The notes below the pieces were generated by a model that worked only from the letters and a program-made list of their open reading frames with translations, did not search any database and was not told where the DNA came from. DNA of 64,000 nt, from NCBI RefSeq assembly GCF_000143415.4, contig NW_003314291.1, positions 1,082,768-1,146,767 on the forward strand, written 5' to 3'. Each line of letters starts with the position of its first letter. Positions within the stretch are counted from its first letter, which is position 1. The stretch comes from Selaginella moellendorffii (taxonomy: Eukaryota > Plantae > Lycopodiophyta). Below are positions 47,417-59,790 of this stretch, piece by piece. Made by a program: the position numbers and the translations under genes.

Positions 47417-50400
47417 ATGGTAAGTCTTTTAGACGAAGTAGAAAATGGCATGAGGCCACATGCCATTCAGTAGCAACATTGGCATGCACCGATTGGGCTC
47501 TCGAGTGCAGTCCGGTTACAGATGGCGTGTAGCCTCACGCCATCTTAGGATGCAGCCTCAAGACATCTGATGCAGTGGTGAATGGCGTGTGGCCTCACGT
47601 TATTTCCAGCTGCTAGCTTTTCATCTGTCAACTCTAATTGTTGTGCATTTTTGAACAGGCGAGGAATTGCGTTCTTCTTCCAGCCACTGTCAATGTGGAT
47701 GCAGAGAAGGGGGAGGAGCTCACCAGTTGGACTTTCGGGATGGAAGGCGAGGATCTGATGCTGTACAACACAGATGGTGGGAGAAAAGAATGCATGGGGA
47801 TCCTCATCCAAGTGACAGACACTCCATGCAGTTCCATGCAAGAATATGGACTGGCACTTGTGGTAGAGACAGCGTCCGCCTTCAAGATCCACCTTGCACA
47901 TCCTAGCGGCTTCCCAGAGGGGGGCAGCGGCAGGAATTCCTAGAGGGAGCTAGGGAGAGGTTGTCCAGGAGGCCCACAATTTCAAAGACGCTGCGGGTTT
48001 ATGAAGATCACATGGAATCCACGGACCTCACCTACGGCGATGTTCAAAAACTATATTCCAACATTGAGCCGTTGAGAGTGCCTCCAGTTTGCGAAGCGAA
48101 GGGGAAGGGGGTCGATCTGGAAACTACCCCGAAGCAGAAAAGGGTGGTCAAGCTCAAGCCGACGTCCGACTCTGCTGCTCCAAAAAAGAAGCTACTCGGT
48201 GATGCCATTGCCTCGGGTTCGAACACTACACCCACCAAAAAGAAGAGCTGCAAAGAGCAGAAAGAGCAAGAAGAGGCAGCAAAAATCGTCGCAGATAATA
48301 GTACTTGTTACTATTCCAACAAAGTATATACAATCGACGTGAGCCGTATCGAGATCCAAAGCAAATACAACCACAGGCTAGTATCTGATGAGTGGGTGGA
48401 GAAACTGAAGCAGAAGATGCTGGCAAGTCCAGTAACACCCGACATCGCAGACGTGATCCCCTACTACCGAACAATGAAGGGCGAGACGAGGTTTCCAGAC
48501 TTGATCAATAGGAAGGTGTTGGACGATCAGAACATCCGGTTCTATGCCGTCTCCGGGCAGCATTCTAGCTTGGCGATGCAACAGATAGTTGTGGATATTA
48601 TGGTGGGCGAGGAGGTGAAGAAAGTCTTCAAGACAAGAGTTGTCCGCCTGATAAAAGGCAACTCGCCCCTCCGATCTATCATATACATCTCCCACGCGCA
48701 GAATGTCAAGCAAGAAACGTGCTACAAATCGGGTCTGCACGAGACATTGGCACGAACACGGAAGCTCTGGGTTCAACTGAAGAAGCCACAAAAACCAGGA
48801 CAAGGACGTGCACTAGCAACTAGCGCCTGGCAGGTAAGCCTCGTTGCATGTGGCATAGCATGTGGCCTCACGCCATTTCCATTGCAGGAATTCTCGAGTC
48901 TTCTCTCGAAAACACTGGGGGTCAATGACACACTCAGCATCCATAACATTCTACTCGCGACAAAAGTTGTTTTTGACAAATGGGTAGATGTGCTAAGGAG
49001 GTACCATGACGGGGAGTTGCTAAACTCAATGGGTGTGGAGGACGGCCGGAAGCCCAATGATTTGAAGCTCAACGCCTTGCATTTCTCGCGGTCTCTAGAC
49101 GACGACGACCTTCTGACAGTGGCTAATGCTCTTCTACTTGGTGAGGTAGTCTTCAACAAGACCAAAATGACTCCCGGCCATATTGTGACATACGAGGACT
49201 TGTGCACGACTCTGAGAGCTCGTGCGCTATTGAAGGATTGGATCTTCGAGCAAGTGGCCGTGGCGAGGGTGAGCATCGACACCACGCAAGAGATGATGGA
49301 AGAGCTGGACTTGTCAAATGAAGACATCGACGAGTACGTGAAGGGGGCCCCCAAGTTCATCGATCTGCTGCAGGATGCCACGAAAAGTAAAGCTGAGAAG
49401 TTGGATCAGTATCCAAATTTCATTAAGAGGGATGTCGACCGCCGGCTTCAGAAACAGCTCGACCCCGCAGCAGAGGCCTATCGAGAACCTTACCGGGTAT
49501 ACGTGAATTCGGATGAGGATCAAAGGTGGAGGAGCATCGTTTCCCGCGGAGATGAGCAGGTCAAGAACATCTTTTGTGTGATGGACTTCACAAACGAGGA
49601 GATCACTCATGCAGACGAAGTCAGCTCCATCATTGACTTAATGGTGGGACTTGCGGAAGTGGAATCTTCAGTCCACTATATGATCTACGACTCCGAATCC
49701 TATCACAAGTTCTGGAAGGCCTTGAACGAGGTGAAGGCTCGGTTGAAAGGCAAGGAGATGCGGGAGATCCATGGGATAATGGCTAAGAAGAAGATACCGA
49801 CGAATGTCCGCATCTTCACAGTCGCCCTTGTTATTGGTCCTGCAGCAGAGTGGGACTGGAGTGACTTCCCAGCTTCGTTCAACAAAGCCGATCGAATTGA
49901 TCTGAGGGAGGTCAATTTACCCGTGCCTGAGGAACTGAAGACGGCTATGGAGCTTTCGAATCCAAAGAAAGCTCCAGGTGCAGCATGGGAAATGCTCAGC
50001 TAGGTCTTCAACGCAATAGCGGGTGACTCCAAGGGCAAATGCGTTGTCGAGTACAACTGCGGCGGACTATTCTTTCGAGCCGCACTACTCAAGGGTGTCC
50101 CGTGTGTTGCGGTGACAAACTCCATTGAAGAGGTGACTTCAATGGAGCATATAATTATAGTTGCCAAAGAAAAACAGTATCTTCTCTACGAACCTGGTGA
50201 GTACGCACTTTAAGTTTAAATGTTATCTCACAAGCTCTGTATGCAGGAGCGTGGCCACCCCCAGATGCTGAAACGGCGTTAACAGCTACTGATGTTAGGC
50301 CGAGGTCACAACCTGCACAAGGTAAGGTCACGTGAGGCCTCACGCCATTTTGATTATAGATCGTTGTGAATATTCAGACACGAGGACTGAAAAGCGCACT

Positions 50401-53003
50401 GGTGGCGCGTCGAAGAAGGACAAACAGACAAGCAATAGGAAAAAAGGAGGTACAAATTATATTTGCAATGGCGTGTGGTCTCATGCCATTCCTTGCAGGA
50501 GACACTTCTTCAAAGGCAAAACAGGCAAGCACCAGCCAAGCTCAAACTGACAGTGGTCATAAAAAGCGAAAGCACGTTGGACAGTCGTCGGGATCAGAGG
50601 CGTTTGATTCGAAAAGGAAGAAGGGCAACGAAAAGATGATAGGTAATGCCTCGCGGTTATGGCGTGTGTGCTCATGCCATTCATTGCAGATCAAGGGCTG
50701 AGTGAAAGGAGCCAGTCACCACCTTCTGACTCAGATTCCTATGGCGGACTCCCCTTCCCCAATCTCAATGGAGAGGTACAATGGATGAGGGATGCTTTTC
50801 AAGTCAGGGCCACGTTTTTCTCATCTCGTCGTCTTCGAAGGGTGCAAGAACGTGCAGAAACCATGTTAAGACAGTCGGGTGAGGATACGGTCCTAGGTCA
50901 CGCACTAAAACAGGCTATGGATGTCTTGTATTTTGAGATGGAGACTCGGCCAGATGATTTTTCCAAGATGGTCCTGGAAAAACAAGCAATCCAGCCTGAG
51001 CAGCCTATGGAAGAAATGCAAGAGGGGGATGAGGAGCCAGAGAAAGATAATGAGCAGGAAGAGCAGAAGGACGAAGAGGAGGACGAAGAAGAGGAGGACG
51101 AAGAAGAGGCGGACGAAGAGGACTTGGATGGTCCTCACAATGGTGACGATCACAATAACGACGACGATGATGATGACGACGATGGCCAGCCTGAGGTGGC
51201 CAAAGAGCAGCGGAGGAAGGTCATACAAGACAAACCATCAGGTAAATAATAGTACATCCATTCCTAACCTTTTACCATTTCTAACATTGTCCATGTAGGT
51301 TGCAAAGCAAATGGTAAGTAGAGATTATTCAGTTGAATTAAGATACAAACTCTAGCCTTTAGTGTCGAGGAAGGATAGTGCCAAGCAAGGGTCGAAACGT
51401 ATGTCCAATCCTTCAGAATCAGCAGTGCGCCCAAGTGATATCGGTCCTAGTTCCTCAATAGCAGTTGATGGTAAATACAGTATAGTCGATTCAATGTGCT
51501 AATGAGTTTGTTTTTAGTAGCACGGGAGGATACCATCTCAATCGAAGGGAGATATTTGGACATGCATATGGATCCGCCAGTGGACTCTACTTGCCTGCAA
51601 GAGTCATCAGAGCTGGTGGAGGCTACTATCCATATCAACGCCAAGCAAGCTGACCACGCTCCACTTGATGCTGCCCATACCACTGAGTCAATCTTGTCCA
51701 CGTATCCAACTGACGGTGACCAGGCGCCATTGGACCCGCATGAGGCCGCCCCAGCCGCCGAGCCGGTCGTATCCTCATTTCCAACGTGTGCCCAATCGTC
51801 TGACTACGCGCCGTTGGAACCTCCCTACACCGCCCCTGCTGCCTGTTCGGTCATGTCCACTTTGCCAACGGAGGCACCAGCTGAAATGGCGTGTGATCAC
51901 ACGCCATCGGAACCACCCCATGCCACTGTTGAGCCAGTTGTACCAGAGTCTACAGCTGAAATGGCATGTGCCCACACGCCATCGGATGCGATTGACCCCA
52001 CATTGCAGAGGAGAGTATTTCCGCCCTTCACGTTTCCTCGACCAAAACCCTCTGAACGACCATCGGGAGCACCATTCGCTAATATTGTAGATGGTAAAAT
52101 TGACTTGTACCATTTTTTATGCTAACGCATTTCATTTCAGAGTCACGGCGAAAGTACTGTATCATTTTTGATCTGAACGGTGTCCTTTTCTCCCATGAGC
52201 GTGGCTCGTCCTCGAATGTCACTGCACCCTCCAAAGCCTGCGGTCGCAAGTTGGTCAAAAGAGACAGATTCACATTAATCACACGGGAGAAACTGCGGGA
52301 TCTAATAATGACCATGCGACACTTAAAACAGAGGGCCGGGTTCAATTTGCAATTGGGAGTTTGGACATCCATGATGCGCCACAATGCATTAACGTTGCTA
52401 CAGATGATGCACGATCAGACGCGAGTAATATTACCATTTGACTTTCTCCTAACGCAGGAGGATTGCTTGACTATGGTCCATGTGAGGGGTAGCAAGCCCA
52501 TCTTCGTCAAGGCAGAGGCTGTAGTGATGAACCGGACTGCTAGGTCAAGTGAAATCCTCATCATCGATGACTCGCCGATTAAAACTGCAGCGAACATGCA
52601 CACATATGCAGTGCACCCCATCTCTTGCAGTATGGAAACTAGGGAGAAGAAACCGTATGTTCTGGGGGACCTTGCAAAACGGCTTGAAGCGATGGTGATA
52701 GAGAACCGGCCAGTCCAGGAGGTGGCTGCAGAAATCAACCAAATGGCAGATGGAACGGTATATCAGAAGCCATTTGATCGGACAGACACCAGTCATCATT
52801 TATGGCATGTATATTGTCTAGCCAAGCACTATCCGCATCTCCATAATCTGCTCAACCGGATGGGTTCTTCGACCACTGAACATGAGCGTGGACGTATTAG
52901 AGAAGAGATGGCATTACTATTGGGTTTAAATCCTGATAGTGTGGAGAGTGATGAAATTCCAAGATTATTGTATAGGCGTTGGAGGCAAAAAATAACAGTC
53001 TGA
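47417..53003 (+). pseudogene. Cargo gene, copy 2: 11-exon ParB-like / methyltransferase-like / acidic linker / FCP1-like HAD phosphatase fusion (~1630 aa reconstructed)
   Basis: Introns 47420-47658, 48834-48887, 50197-50246, 50322-50377, 50450-50498, 50643-50689, 51242-51298, 51314-51362, 51471-51517 and 52094-52140 are all GT-AG and frame-compatible; lesions are a 4-nt deletion near 47931 and TAG at 50001. Confidence 0.72.
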
Positions 53004-53721
53004 GATGGCATGTATTTATTTAAAAATGTAACTTATTATGGCATGGGGTTCCATGCCATTGTATTAATATTAAAAGACAATTCTTTGAGAGGATTTGCAT
53101 TATACTAGAAGTGTTACAGCATGTTATTGGAAGTCTACGAAGTTGTTTTATTAATAAGGGGAAAGTAAAGATTGAATGGGGACTTGGGCTCCACCTAGAC
53201 TCGGAGCAACTGAGCCAATATTAAAAGGATGGAAAGAAATTGGACGACAATGACAAGGAGAAGAGAGAGGTGAAGCAGTGAGAAGTGATTGAGTAGACAT
53301 TTCCTTGTTTAAAATAAAATGGCATGTGCCTCAATGCAGTTGAATTTTGTTATATTTATATACTATATAAAGGTTTGGAAACCTTATTTTACAAGTGGGA
53401 TAATGACAATTCCCACTTTAACGAAATAGAGCTTTAATGGAGGTGGATGTTATTGCCGCCCAAGTTCAAAGACAAGGACGAAAACATAGTTATAACTGTG
53501 ATGTCTATTGTTGGGTATGTAATAATAGTGGTTACATTTATCAGTATTGTTGATATTGTTCAAAGTGGTGACCTTCATTTCCTAGGTGGAGACTTTAGTA
53601 TCAACAATATCTTGTTAATGTTGTTATAGTAGAAGGTCTAAACATTAAGATACTTATGAGAAATGACAAATCGCATGAGTAAAGTCAAAACATCCACAGC
53701 ACCAAGAATTTCTTCAATCAA

Positions 53722-54775
53722 ATGTCAAAGCAGAGCTTCACATCCTGGAATCTGATGATCACCGCCTACTTGCACGACAGCCAAGTGAAATCTGCCAAGA
53801 GCCTCTTCAATCAAACCCCAGCCAAGAACCCCCTCCTCTACAACGCGATGCTCACAACCTACGCCCATAACAGGTGCCATGCCCTCGCGATCGAGCTCTT
53901 CGCCTTGATGCTGTGTAGAGATCTCATCTCGTACAATGCAATGCTCTCTGCGCTCGTGAACTCTAGCCCTATCGATCAAACCAAAGATTTCTTCGATCTA
54001 ATTCCCGAGAAGATCGTTGCATGGAATACGATGCTCACAACATATGCCGAGAATGGGCATCTGGAAATGGCGATTTCCATGTTCGATTCGATGAGCCATC
54101 ATGATATCGTGTCCTACACTGCCATGGTCACTGCGTATGGATCGAGCGGCCAGATAGAACACGCAAGAATACTGTTTGCCTCGTCACCCCAGAAAGACGT
54201 GGTTTTATCAACTGCCATGCTCGCAGCATATGCCCATTTAGGGTTCTTGGCAGAGGCTAGCACAATTTTCTAATCTATGCGAGAATGCAGCATAATCACG
54301 TGGAATTCTATGCTAGATGCTCACGCATTGAGCAGAAAAATCGAAAAAAACGCAGTGTATTTTCCATTTGATGCCGGTAAGAGATACAGTGTCTTGGATT
54401 TTGATGCTCAGCGCATATGCCCGGCTTGGGCATCTGGAGAAAGCGATTTCGTTCTTCGCGACAATGCCAATGCCACACGCAGTCCCGGATCGCGTCGTGC
54501 CCTGGAACACGATGCTCGCAGCGCACGGAACCAGCGGCCAGGACGCCGAGAATCTCCTGTGGGCCGCGAATTTGCAAGGTGTGGCCCCGGATGCCGGCTG
54601 GAGCTACTTCGTGTCGATGCGCAGCGATTACTCGATCCAGCCGGAGAAGCTCCACTTTGGGTGCATGGTGGCCATCCTGGCTCGAGCCGGGAACTTCGAT
54701 TTCGCCCGGGATCTCCTCGACAACATGCCATTCGTTCCAGGGATCGAGCAATTGAGCTGCCTGACACTGTTCTAG
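53722..54775 (+). pseudogene. PLS-class pentatricopeptide repeat (PPR) gene, disrupted
   Basis: Repeated xSWNxMxxAYA motifs; HFGCMVAILARAG..MPF; stop at 54271 and a frameshift. Confidence 0.85.
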
Positions 54776-54959
54776 AGCCAAACAAATTAGATTTCGTCCA
54801 GGAACTTCCAGAGATCAAGCAATTGGGCTAAGACGCAGTTGCCCATCTCGAGATCTAGACTAGACAATTGGAGGAAACAAAGATCTTCCTCCACGTGCCA
54901 TATATCATGTGTCGAAGGGCACCAAATTATAAAACTATATACGTGATCCTATATAATAT

Positions 54960-55421
54960 CTATGGTCCTTTCAAAGCTTCGCTCTTCGGAGCACTGGCCG
55001 CCTCGACTTTCTCCTGGACAGCATCCACAGCCTTGTCTTGGACGCTGCTTTTCCCCTCCGCGGCCTTGAGCTCTCCCGCCGCGGCCTCTGTCTTCTCTGG
55101 AGCAACTTCGGTCAAGCACTTCCCAAACGGCTTGCCTTTGCGAATGTCCACGACAACGTTGGGGTTGGCAGTGTCCATACCCCCACCACCACCTTCCTTC
55201 TTAGCTCCTGCTCCTCCCATTTGCTGCTTCGCGGCGTCTGGAAGGACGTTGGCGCTTCCCATAAGCTCCGAGTCGCTTGGAACTTCGCCGCTGGTCTTCT
55301 TTGCCTCCTCCGTGCGGCTCTTCTTTGGCTCCTCCGTGCCTGATCCATGGCCTGGTTGTTCCGTCTTTGGCTTCTCGCTCTCCTTGTCTCCGCTGAGAAA
55401 GGATCCTCCCTGCTTATCCAT
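54960..55421 (-). CDS. Hypothetical hydrophilic Lys/Glu/Ala-rich protein (153 aa)
   Basis: Clean ATG-to-stop ORF with coding-like composition, preceded by a TCTACTCAC/poly-T leader; no domain recognised. Confidence 0.55.
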   Translation of the reverse strand: MDKQGGSFLSGDKESEKPKTEQPGHGSGTEEPKKSRTEEAKKTSGEVPSDSELMGSANVLPDAAKQQMGGAGAKKEGGGGGMDTANPNVVVDIRKGKPFGKCLTEVAPEKTEAAAGELKAAEGKSSVQDKAVDAVQEKVEAASAPKSEALKGP

Positions 55422-57344
55422 GGAGGAAAAAAAAACGAAATGTGAGTAGACAAAGAGAAGAACCGAGAAAGTCTAAACTGTGGATGGCACTTCTCCAGTG
55501 GATATTTTTATAGAGTCCGGGAAAACGAGTAAAGGGGCCCAAACGGGATCACTATCCTCCTGTGAAGAAAGATGGACGAGGTAAATGTGAGACAGAGAAA
55601 AAAAGATATATACAAAACTGCCAAGTGCCACCCAGACTCCGATTCACCAAAGATTTTTATCAAGCCGCTGTGGTTTGATTCGTCACAGTGAGAGAACTAT
55701 AGTACAAAGCTTTCGAGCCTTATTTCGTGCTGCTACCTTGTCTGCCAAAAAAAAGAAGAGTTTAGCATAAAAGAAATGGAAAAACTTGTCATACCAGGTA
55801 ATGAATTGTCTCGCTCCAGTTAAGAACTCTGTATCTGCAAAGAGGGAGAAGTCAACCAGGGAATCGTGAATCAAAAACATGTCCTTCAGCCACGCCAATT
55901 CCTCATACGACTGGTCCGTATTCTAGTTACACGAGCACTGCTCCAACCGGTTCCAAGACCGGGAGCAACGACGTGCAACGTCAACGGGCAGCGCAGTGAG
56001 ATTACTAAATTATGCATCATAGGACCGAACCACTAGAAGGAAAAAACAGTAAAGCGAAGTTACATTTTGCGCTTAGAAGTTTAAGATGATCTTCTCTTGT
56101 GGAACCAAAGTAGATCAGTCACATCCTGCAATAAAAACATCACAGTGAAGGTAGAGCAAAGGGTCTCTACCTTGAGCATGCCCTTGTGGCCAAAGAAAAG
56201 TAACAACTTGAGAGGAATCTGGAATACTTATGTTCTTCGAAAAGGCTGCCTGTGGCACAATAAAGCGAAGTTAAATGAGAGATGGTGTAAAGGAGAAAAC
56301 AATGAATCATGTCTACAACAGTGAGAATAAAAATACCTGGACATATCCTGATTCGCCCATCCAGCTCCCATCAGTCTGCCAGAGTATGGGAATTATGCTC
56401 ACGCCATGTCCTATCGTAGAGATAAGTGAGAATCGACAACCGAAAAAGAAACAAAAGAAGAGTACCCGATATGCCATTCTGTAAAGACCCTCACATCGCT
56501 CCTCCTGTTCGCGTCAATTCCGGCCTCTATAAGTGATCGAATCGAACTGTCCTGAAAAAAGAAAGAACCATACGTAAACCATCCCAAAAGATAGCGAACT
56601 ACAAGTAAAAAAAACGAGTGGAAAGAAGGAAACATCATGTCTACGTAAACTATCCCAAGAGATGAAAGAACGAGAGTGGAAAGAAGAAAAAAAATGCCTA
56701 CGTAAGAACAAAAAAAGAAACGAGTGGAAAGAAGAAAAAATCATGTCTACCATAGCAAGAACAAAGGAAAAAAAAAAAAAAAAAAAAAACGAATGGAGAT
56801 GGAAGAAAAAAGAAGAAGAAATCACGTTACCTGATACCAGAGCCAGTCGCGAAGAACAGCACAGTCTGGAACTTCTCTGGAGGGTAGAGCTGGTCGATAT
56901 CGAAACCTTTGCCAAAATTTGGGAATTTAGGGTTCCTGGCAAGGGATTCTTGGAGTTCCTAGGACGTGCAGGGCACTACCTCGGCTGTGCTGTGCGATCT
57001 GGCCAAGGGAGATAAGGTGGATTTAAGCCAAGTGATGGGCGGAGGCCTTTACACATGCCATTGTTGGGCATTTGCAACACTTACGGATTCTCAAGCTTGG
57101 AGATCTTCTTTGGGCATAGAATCGAACACTTGTCTAAAGTAAAGAAGCATATCTTGTGTGCAGATATGTAATATGTTTTTTTCCTGACAATATTCTTTCA
57201 TGAAATTAGAACGTTCTTCTAGCTTCCAAATGCCCAGCTTGGGCATTTTCATTAGCCCATGTTGACTTTTGCGTTGACATGGTTGACTTTACATTGACTT
57301 ACATTGAAAAACTGGCTCTGGCTCCTAAGAGATTCTTTCTTCTT

Positions 57345-59790
57345 GCGATGCTCCACAGCGATGGCGTTTCGACCACCACCACCACCAGCAGGAGCTGGAA
57401 AGTGGCAAAGAAATCGACGAAGGGAATCGCCACACTCTTGGCGGCGCTCAAGGAGGCAAGCAAGGCCAGGGATGCCAAGAGGGGGCGGGAGCTCCACTCC
57501 GACGCCATAGCCAGTGGAGTGGCGGGCGATCTCTTCGTGGGCAGCAGCCTGGTGGACATGTACTCCAACTGCGGCCTCATGGGCGAAGCGCGAGAGGTAT
57601 TTGACGCCATGCCCAGCCATGACATTGTCTCGTGGAATGCGCTCATGCTCGGTTACGCAGAGAACGACCATGGATTGGCGGCGCTCGCCCTCTTCTCGCC
57701 GATGCGCGACGAGGGCTGCTCTCCAAACTCCAGAACTTTTGTTGCTGCGGCTAAGGCATGTTCTAGCATTCCCACGGCTGAGAAGGAAGAAGAAGTTCCA
57801 AGAGGTAGCGAAGTATGCTCGACTTCGAAGATGAGATCGCTGGAGATTGGAATGGCGATCCACTCGCAGGCGCTGGAGAGGAGGTGCGGATCCATTTTCA
57901 TGGAGAGCTGCCTCGTCGATATGTATGCCAAGTGTGGCGGCATGGACGACGCTCGGCGCGTTTTCGAGAGCATGGAGAGGAGGAATATGGTGGCCGCTCA
58001 TGCTGGGCTATGCCGAGAGTGGCGATGGCCAAGCTGCGCTCAAGCTCTTCCAGGTGATGGAACGCGAGGATTGCCCGCGGGACGCTCGGACTTTCGTTGC
58101 CGCGGTGAAGGCTTGCTCGAGCCTGGCTATGGCGGCGAAGGAAGGATCATCTAGCGCGAGAGCCTTGAGAGCTCTTGAGACCGGCATGGCTGTTCATCGC
58201 GAAGCTCGCAAGAGTGGATTCGAGTCGGATGCTTTCGTGACTTGCGGACTTGCGCATACCATACTTGTATGCGAAGCGTGGGAGTATGGAGGATGCGAGG
58301 AGGATCTTCGAGCGCTTCGCCAGCCACGACGTTGTCTCGTGGACGGCGTTGATACTTGGCTATGGTGACAATGGCGAGAACGAGGTGGCGGTGGAGCTCT
58401 TCTTGCGCATGGTTCACCAGGGATACCATGCAAACGCTCGGACTTTCGTGGCAGTGGTCAAGGCTTGCAGCAGCCTTGCCGAGGAGGAGCAAGGCGGAAG
58501 TGTGATAAAGTTTCGCGCTCTCGCCACTGGAATGGCGATCCATCGCCTCGCAGCTGCGAACGGTGGCTGTGATTCTAGGGACGTTTTCGTGGGGAACACT
58601 TTGATCGACATGTATGCGAAGTGTGGAACTATGGTGGATTCCCGGCGAGTTTTCGATGCGATGCTTACACGGGACGTGGTCTCGTACAACGCGATCATGC
58701 TGGGCTATGCCGAGAATGATGGCGAGGCTATGGCGCTCGAGCTACTCGCGGCCATGCACAGGGAAGAACCGCGCGTTGTGGCGAATAGCTTGAGCTACCT
58801 TGCTGCTGTGAAGGCTTGCAATCACTTGGCATCGCGAGAAGAAGCCAGGGACTTCGATGGAAGAGCTGTGAAGATCGAGAGCCTGGAGAAAGGCATGGCT
58901 GTTCATGCTCGAGCTACGGAAGCCGGGTGTGATCGAGATCTTTTAGTGGCGAGCAGCCTGATCGATATGTACTCGCGAGCTGGAAGCATGGAGGATTAGC
59001 ACAGGGCCTTCGATCAAATGGAGAGCCACGATGTAGTGTCATGGACGGGGCTCGTCTCCGGCTACGCCGAGAATGGCGATGGCGAGAGCTCCCTGGCGGT
59101 GTTCTTCGCGATGGTGGACGAGGGAGTGGAGCCCGACTCGTGGACGCTCGCGGCGGCGCTCAAGGCGTGCGGATCCATCGCCTCGAGCAAAGCTGGGCGA
59201 CGTCTCCATGGCGAGATTTGCCGGCATGGACTGGAGGGCGATACCATCGTGGTCACCGGTTTGATCGACTTCTATGGCTACCATGGCCGACGCTCAGCGT
59301 GTCTTTGATGGTTCCATGGTTGCCGCGCGGGACGTGGTTGCATGGACGGCTCTAGTGTCCGGCTATGGCCGCCAAGGTGACGTGAAGTTCGTGTTTGTGA
59401 CGTTCCAGGCGATGGTGAACACTGGCGTGAGGCCGGGTGGTGTGACCCTGCTGTGTGTGCTAGCCGCGTGTAGCCATGCCGGGCTTGTGGAGCGAGGGAA
59501 ACGATTGTTTGCATCGATGAGAGAGAAGTATGGGATTGCTCCTGGGCGAGAGCACTACCACTGCGTGATTGATATGCTGGGGCGAGCAAACCATCTGGAG
59601 GAGGCGCTGGAGATTGTGAGATCGATGCCTTTCCAAGCGGGTGTCGTGACCTGGATGACGATCTTGAGCGCTTGTAGGAAGTGGAAGAACACGAGAGTTG
59701 GAAGTGAAGCATTTGATGCGTTGGTTGGAATGGATGTGAGGGTGAATCGTCAGCGTACTTGTTGATGGCTCATGTTTATGAAAGCTAAGA
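57345..59790 (+). pseudogene. PLS-class PPR gene with E domain, multiply frameshifted
   Basis: LVDMYAKCG, DVVSWTAL, HYHCVIDMLGRAN..MPF..VTWMTILSAC spread across ORFs in different frames. Confidence 0.88.

Larger units (their letters stand above)
40195..53434 (-). mobile_element. 13.2 kb TIR DNA transposon (Sola1/DUF7869-like), copy 2, inverted relative to copy 1
   Basis: Perfect 24-bp TIR AAGCTCTATTTCGTTAAAGTGGGA / TCCCACTTTAACGAAATAGAGCTT; colinear reverse complement of 17363-30376; flanks TATG and TAAT do not match. Confidence 0.92.

Noticed and set aside
56514-57015. Lys-rich and Phe-rich ORFs
   Set aside because: Poly-A and low-complexity sequence with a short local duplication
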